DNA from: Cenarchaeum sp.
Lineage (GTDB): Archaea; Thermoproteota; Nitrososphaeria; Nitrososphaerales; Nitrosopumilaceae
Assembly (NCBI GenBank): GCA_965212015.1
Contig: OZ243037.1
Span: forward strand, 416,001-480,000
Direction: 5' to 3'
DNA length: 64,000 bases
Shown: positions 61,322 through 64,000 of the stretch, in pieces
How the letters are laid out: every line of letters begins with the position of its first letter
How positions within the stretch are numbered: position 1 is the first letter of the stretch
Notes under the pieces: model-generated
Seen by the model: only the letters and a program-made list of their open reading frames with translations
Database searches by the model: none
Told to the model about the DNA's origin: nothing
Translations under genes and position numbers: made by a program

Positions 61322-61527
61322 AAAGTCCTTTTGGCTTTACAAAAACTTTGTAAAGTGGGTTTTACTATTTGGCACTTTACAAAAAACTTTGTAAAGTCCT
61401 TTTAGCTTTACAAAAACTTTGTAAAGTGGGTTTTACTATTTGGCACTTTACAAAAAACTTTGTAAAGTCCTTTTAGCTTTACAAAAACTTTGTAAAGTGG
61501 GTTTTACTATTTGGCACTTTACAAAAA
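61322..61527. repeat. 71-bp tandem repeat (~2.9 copies) built from CTTTACAAA-N3/4-TTTGTAAAG palindromes
   Basis: aaagtcc recurs at 61322, 61393 and 61464; five complete palindromes. Confidence 0.93.
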
Positions 61528-61909
61528 CCAGATCCGGCCCATCTCAGTACGTGCCCGGCCGTGACTAGGCGTGAATTTCGCATCATGGATGTCTAGGCAG
61601 TACCTCACACTACGGGTTATCTTGTCCAAAAAGTAGTTCACCCCCATGTCTGAGAGCCCGCAGGGCTGTCACCAGCATGGATTAATGCGCTGAATCAAAA
61701 AATTATACTCCAGATACAAAAATACGCCCGACATTGCATATCCGTTGCCCCATGTGCAGGCCAAAAGATGGCCTCTTTGTACGCAGGGAGTGCGGTTGTT
61801 GACTAGCAGAGCAGGGAGAAATACCATGTCAGGCGGGGGTGGAACTTTTTGATCCCGCATTCACAACTAGCGCCGAAAAGGATTAAACCTGCAAAACACA
61901 CCGAGGATC

Positions 61910-62344
61910 ATGCCTGATTTTGCCATACAGGGAGTTGATCATATCGAGATGTTCGTATCAGACAGGCTAAAGGCCGCCAAATGGTATGAGAAAATATTCG
62001 GATTCCGGCCAATTCAGGAATTAGACGCATGGTCAAGGACAGGGCCGCTTTTTGTCGGCAATAGGGAAAAAACAGTAGTGCTGGCCATGATGGACGGCAC
62101 AAGGGACAGTGACGGCTCTATCAACAGGGTGGCGTTTAGGACCACGGGGGCGGGATTTACGGATTTTGTAAAAAGCCTTGGCGAGATGGGCCTGTTTTGT
62201 TTAAAGGACAAAGTCACCAGGGCAGACGTGGTGGATCACGATTTGTCCTATTCGCTTTACTTTGATGATCCTGACGGAAACAAGTTGGAGATTACATCCT
62301 ATGATCACGATTACATAAAGGCCGCCATAAAGCAGTACGAATGA
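61910..62344 (+). CDS. VOC/glyoxalase family protein
   Basis: VDHIEMFV, WYEKIFGF, SLYFDDPDGNKLEI. Confidence 0.9.
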   Translation: MPDFAIQGVDHIEMFVSDRLKAAKWYEKIFGFRPIQELDAWSRTGPLFVGNREKTVVLAMMDGTRDSDGSINRVAFRTTGAGFTDFVKSLGEMGLFCLKDKVTRADVVDHDLSYSLYFDDPDGNKLEITSYDHDYIKAAIKQYE

Positions 62345-62368
62345 ATGCATTTGTTCTGACGGATTGAA

Positions 62369-62713
62369 TCACTCAGTCGGTACGGAAAACTGCAAATTCC
62401 ACTGCTTTGACCATTTTCTTACCAAATAGATCGCAATCAAGATTGATCCCACATAGCTTGCCAATGAAATCAATAACGGAATATTTTCTAAAAATGGTGT
62501 GAAGGATTCAGTACCAGCTAACATCACATATGAAACAGAAACAGAGCTTATGATTGATAGTGGTATTCCCACCAAAAATATCATTATCAGCAAATATCTG
62601 CGCAATCGCCGTATTTTGTATGCCGCATACATGTCAAGAATTGGAAGCAGGCAGTAGATTGTCTGGCGCAGCAGGCTTACAGGCTCTTCTTTGACCATCA
62701 ATTTTCCTTCCAA
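62369..62713 (-). CDS. Small membrane protein
   Basis: RQTIYCLLPILDMYAAYKI, two TMs, RKWSKQWN. Confidence 0.75.
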   Translation of the reverse strand: MEGKLMVKEEPVSLLRQTIYCLLPILDMYAAYKIRRLRRYLLIMIFLVGIPLSIISSVSVSYVMLAGTESFTPFLENIPLLISLASYVGSILIAIYLVRKWSKQWNLQFSVPTE

Positions 62714-63094
62714 TCGAGTGATTTTATGTTATTTTGTGAATTTTTTCCAATCTTTTGCATAATTTCGATCAAAATTTTTTACCCCTTTAATTATGTGGGG
62801 TTTTATGGCCGATTAACGGACGGCCCGTATTTTTCATTCCTGCCGCCACATTTGCCTCTACGCTAGTAGGATTATGATCGTACAAGCCACCTTTCCGAAC
62901 ATTATGCCCATTTTGAACGCTTTGGAATAATCGATGGTTCACAGATGGTCAATTGTGTCTCAGGATATGACGCGAGTCATCTGGACACGACGGATTAAGA
63001 CTTCACGGGTGCCGCCAGATATCAAATTCGTAGTGCTCTTGTCCCATGGCTTTAAATGATCCCGATCAACTGACATGCCGTCATATTGGCAGGA

Positions 63095-64000
63095 TTATCG
63101 TACGGCCTTACGGATATTTTTGTTATAAAAAATATTTACATCCTCGGTTGTTTTGTAATAGACTTCCTTTCCATTAGTTTCCTTCTTGATTACAAAATTA
63201 AGATTCAGGAATTTATCCACATAATCTTTTAGCGCCTGCCTGGAGTTTAACTTGAATTTTTTAAAATCCTTGAGCTGAAATATGTTTATTTTTGCCGCTC
63301 GTTCTAGCAATACGTATTGCCGTTTGGACAGATCTGCCTCGCCGATGCGTTTTTGGGCATCCGCGAATAGCATCCTTTGTGCCATCTGTAAGGGGATACT
63401 TCGTATTGTTGGAAAATCCGTAATAAAGGCATGAATCAGATCAGTTGATTGCTTCAGAATGTATCTTGTTTCTCCTTTTGATACTTCGTATAGTGTTTTT
63501 ATGATTTCGTTTGGAATTATTAACTGCATATGGTTTTTTATGGTTAAATTCTGATAACGGATTTTTATCATGTTATTTATTTCGTTTTCACTCATAGGGT
63601 CAATGACTATTGGTTTTCCGGCAATGATCGCACCAACCCTGTGGGCTTTTCTCTCTATCACAGATAATAGGCCTTTCTCACCTATTATTATCCACCAAAT
63701 GTGTTTTCTGGCAAGCAGATTGTCCCGCATTGAATTGAGAAAATCAATTATGTGATCATCGGACATGATATCCAAATTATCAATAATCATCACGATGGCA
63801 TCAAAATCTGTTTTTTCCATCACAAATTCTATCCATTTGTCCATAAGATTTAGTATCGATGGCAGCAGTACGGTTGTAGTTTGTTTTGAATTCTCGCCGC
63901 TGCCAAATCCTGCAATCGTAAAATTACCCCCCCATCCTTTATCTATGGATTGAGTTATCAATTTCCTTGCATTCCTGTGTATCGGATATCTCATCAAGGA
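63095..64000 (-). CDS. P-loop NTPase with C-terminal wHTH (5' end beyond window)
   Basis: Walker B-like IVMIIDNLD, SKGETRYIL sensor, C-terminal KEVYY wing; AT-rich. Confidence 0.7.
   Translation of the reverse strand, partial: SLMRYPIHRNARKLITQSIDKGWGGNFTIAGFGSGENSKQTTTVLLPSILNLMDKWIEFVMEKTDFDAIVMIIDNLDIMSDDHIIDFLNSMRDNLLARKHIWWIIIGEKGLLSVIERKAHRVGAIIAGKPIVIDPMSENEINNMIKIRYQNLTIKNHMQLIIPNEIIKTLYEVSKGETRYILKQSTDLIHAFITDFPTIRSIPLQMAQRMLFADAQKRIGEADLSKRQYVLLERAAKINIFQLKDFKKFKLNSRQALKDYVDKFLNLNFVIKKETNGKEVYYKTTEDVNIFYNKNIRKAVR

Noticed and set aside
61322-61527. Possible CRISPR array
   Set aside because: The linkers are short (9 and 19 nt) and repeat rather than being unique; no cas genes in the window.
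61530-61860. Possible ncRNA or transposase remnant next to the palindromic array
   Set aside because: No recognisable motif or continuous frame; it cannot be supported without a database search.

Overview
A 64-kb archaeal chromosomal segment, very likely from a Nitrososphaerota (Thaumarchaeota) genome of Nitrosopumilaceae/Cenarchaeum type. This is inferred from aRF1, CdvC/Vps4, type II GAPDH, TrmB, TATA-box promoters and thaumarchaeal-type surface-protein domains. The left end holds a >2170-aa secreted beta-propeller/Ig-repeat surface protein on the minus strand that runs off the window and is missing from the ORF track. The rest is mostly housekeeping genes (carAB, bioD, HMG-CoA synthase, gap, purN, ilvD, aRF1) and transporters (liv, dpp, phn, cbtAB). 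Several AT-rich inserts carry toxin-antitoxin pairs (AbiEi/AbiEii, Doc/Fic, MNT/HEPN). The main discovery is in carB: the invariant G-E-F-D-Y-S-G motif is split by a 21-nt insert containing an in-frame TAA. The insert folds into a relaxed bulge-helix-bulge structure whose predicted endonuclease cuts restore the motif exactly, so it is a candidate tRNA-type intron in an archaeal protein-coding gene. Other observations: a decayed copy of the surface-protein C-terminus, an unannotated Cys/His-rich microprotein, a palindromic 71-bp tandem array, and several candidate operators. No tRNA, rRNA or CRISPR array was recognised.
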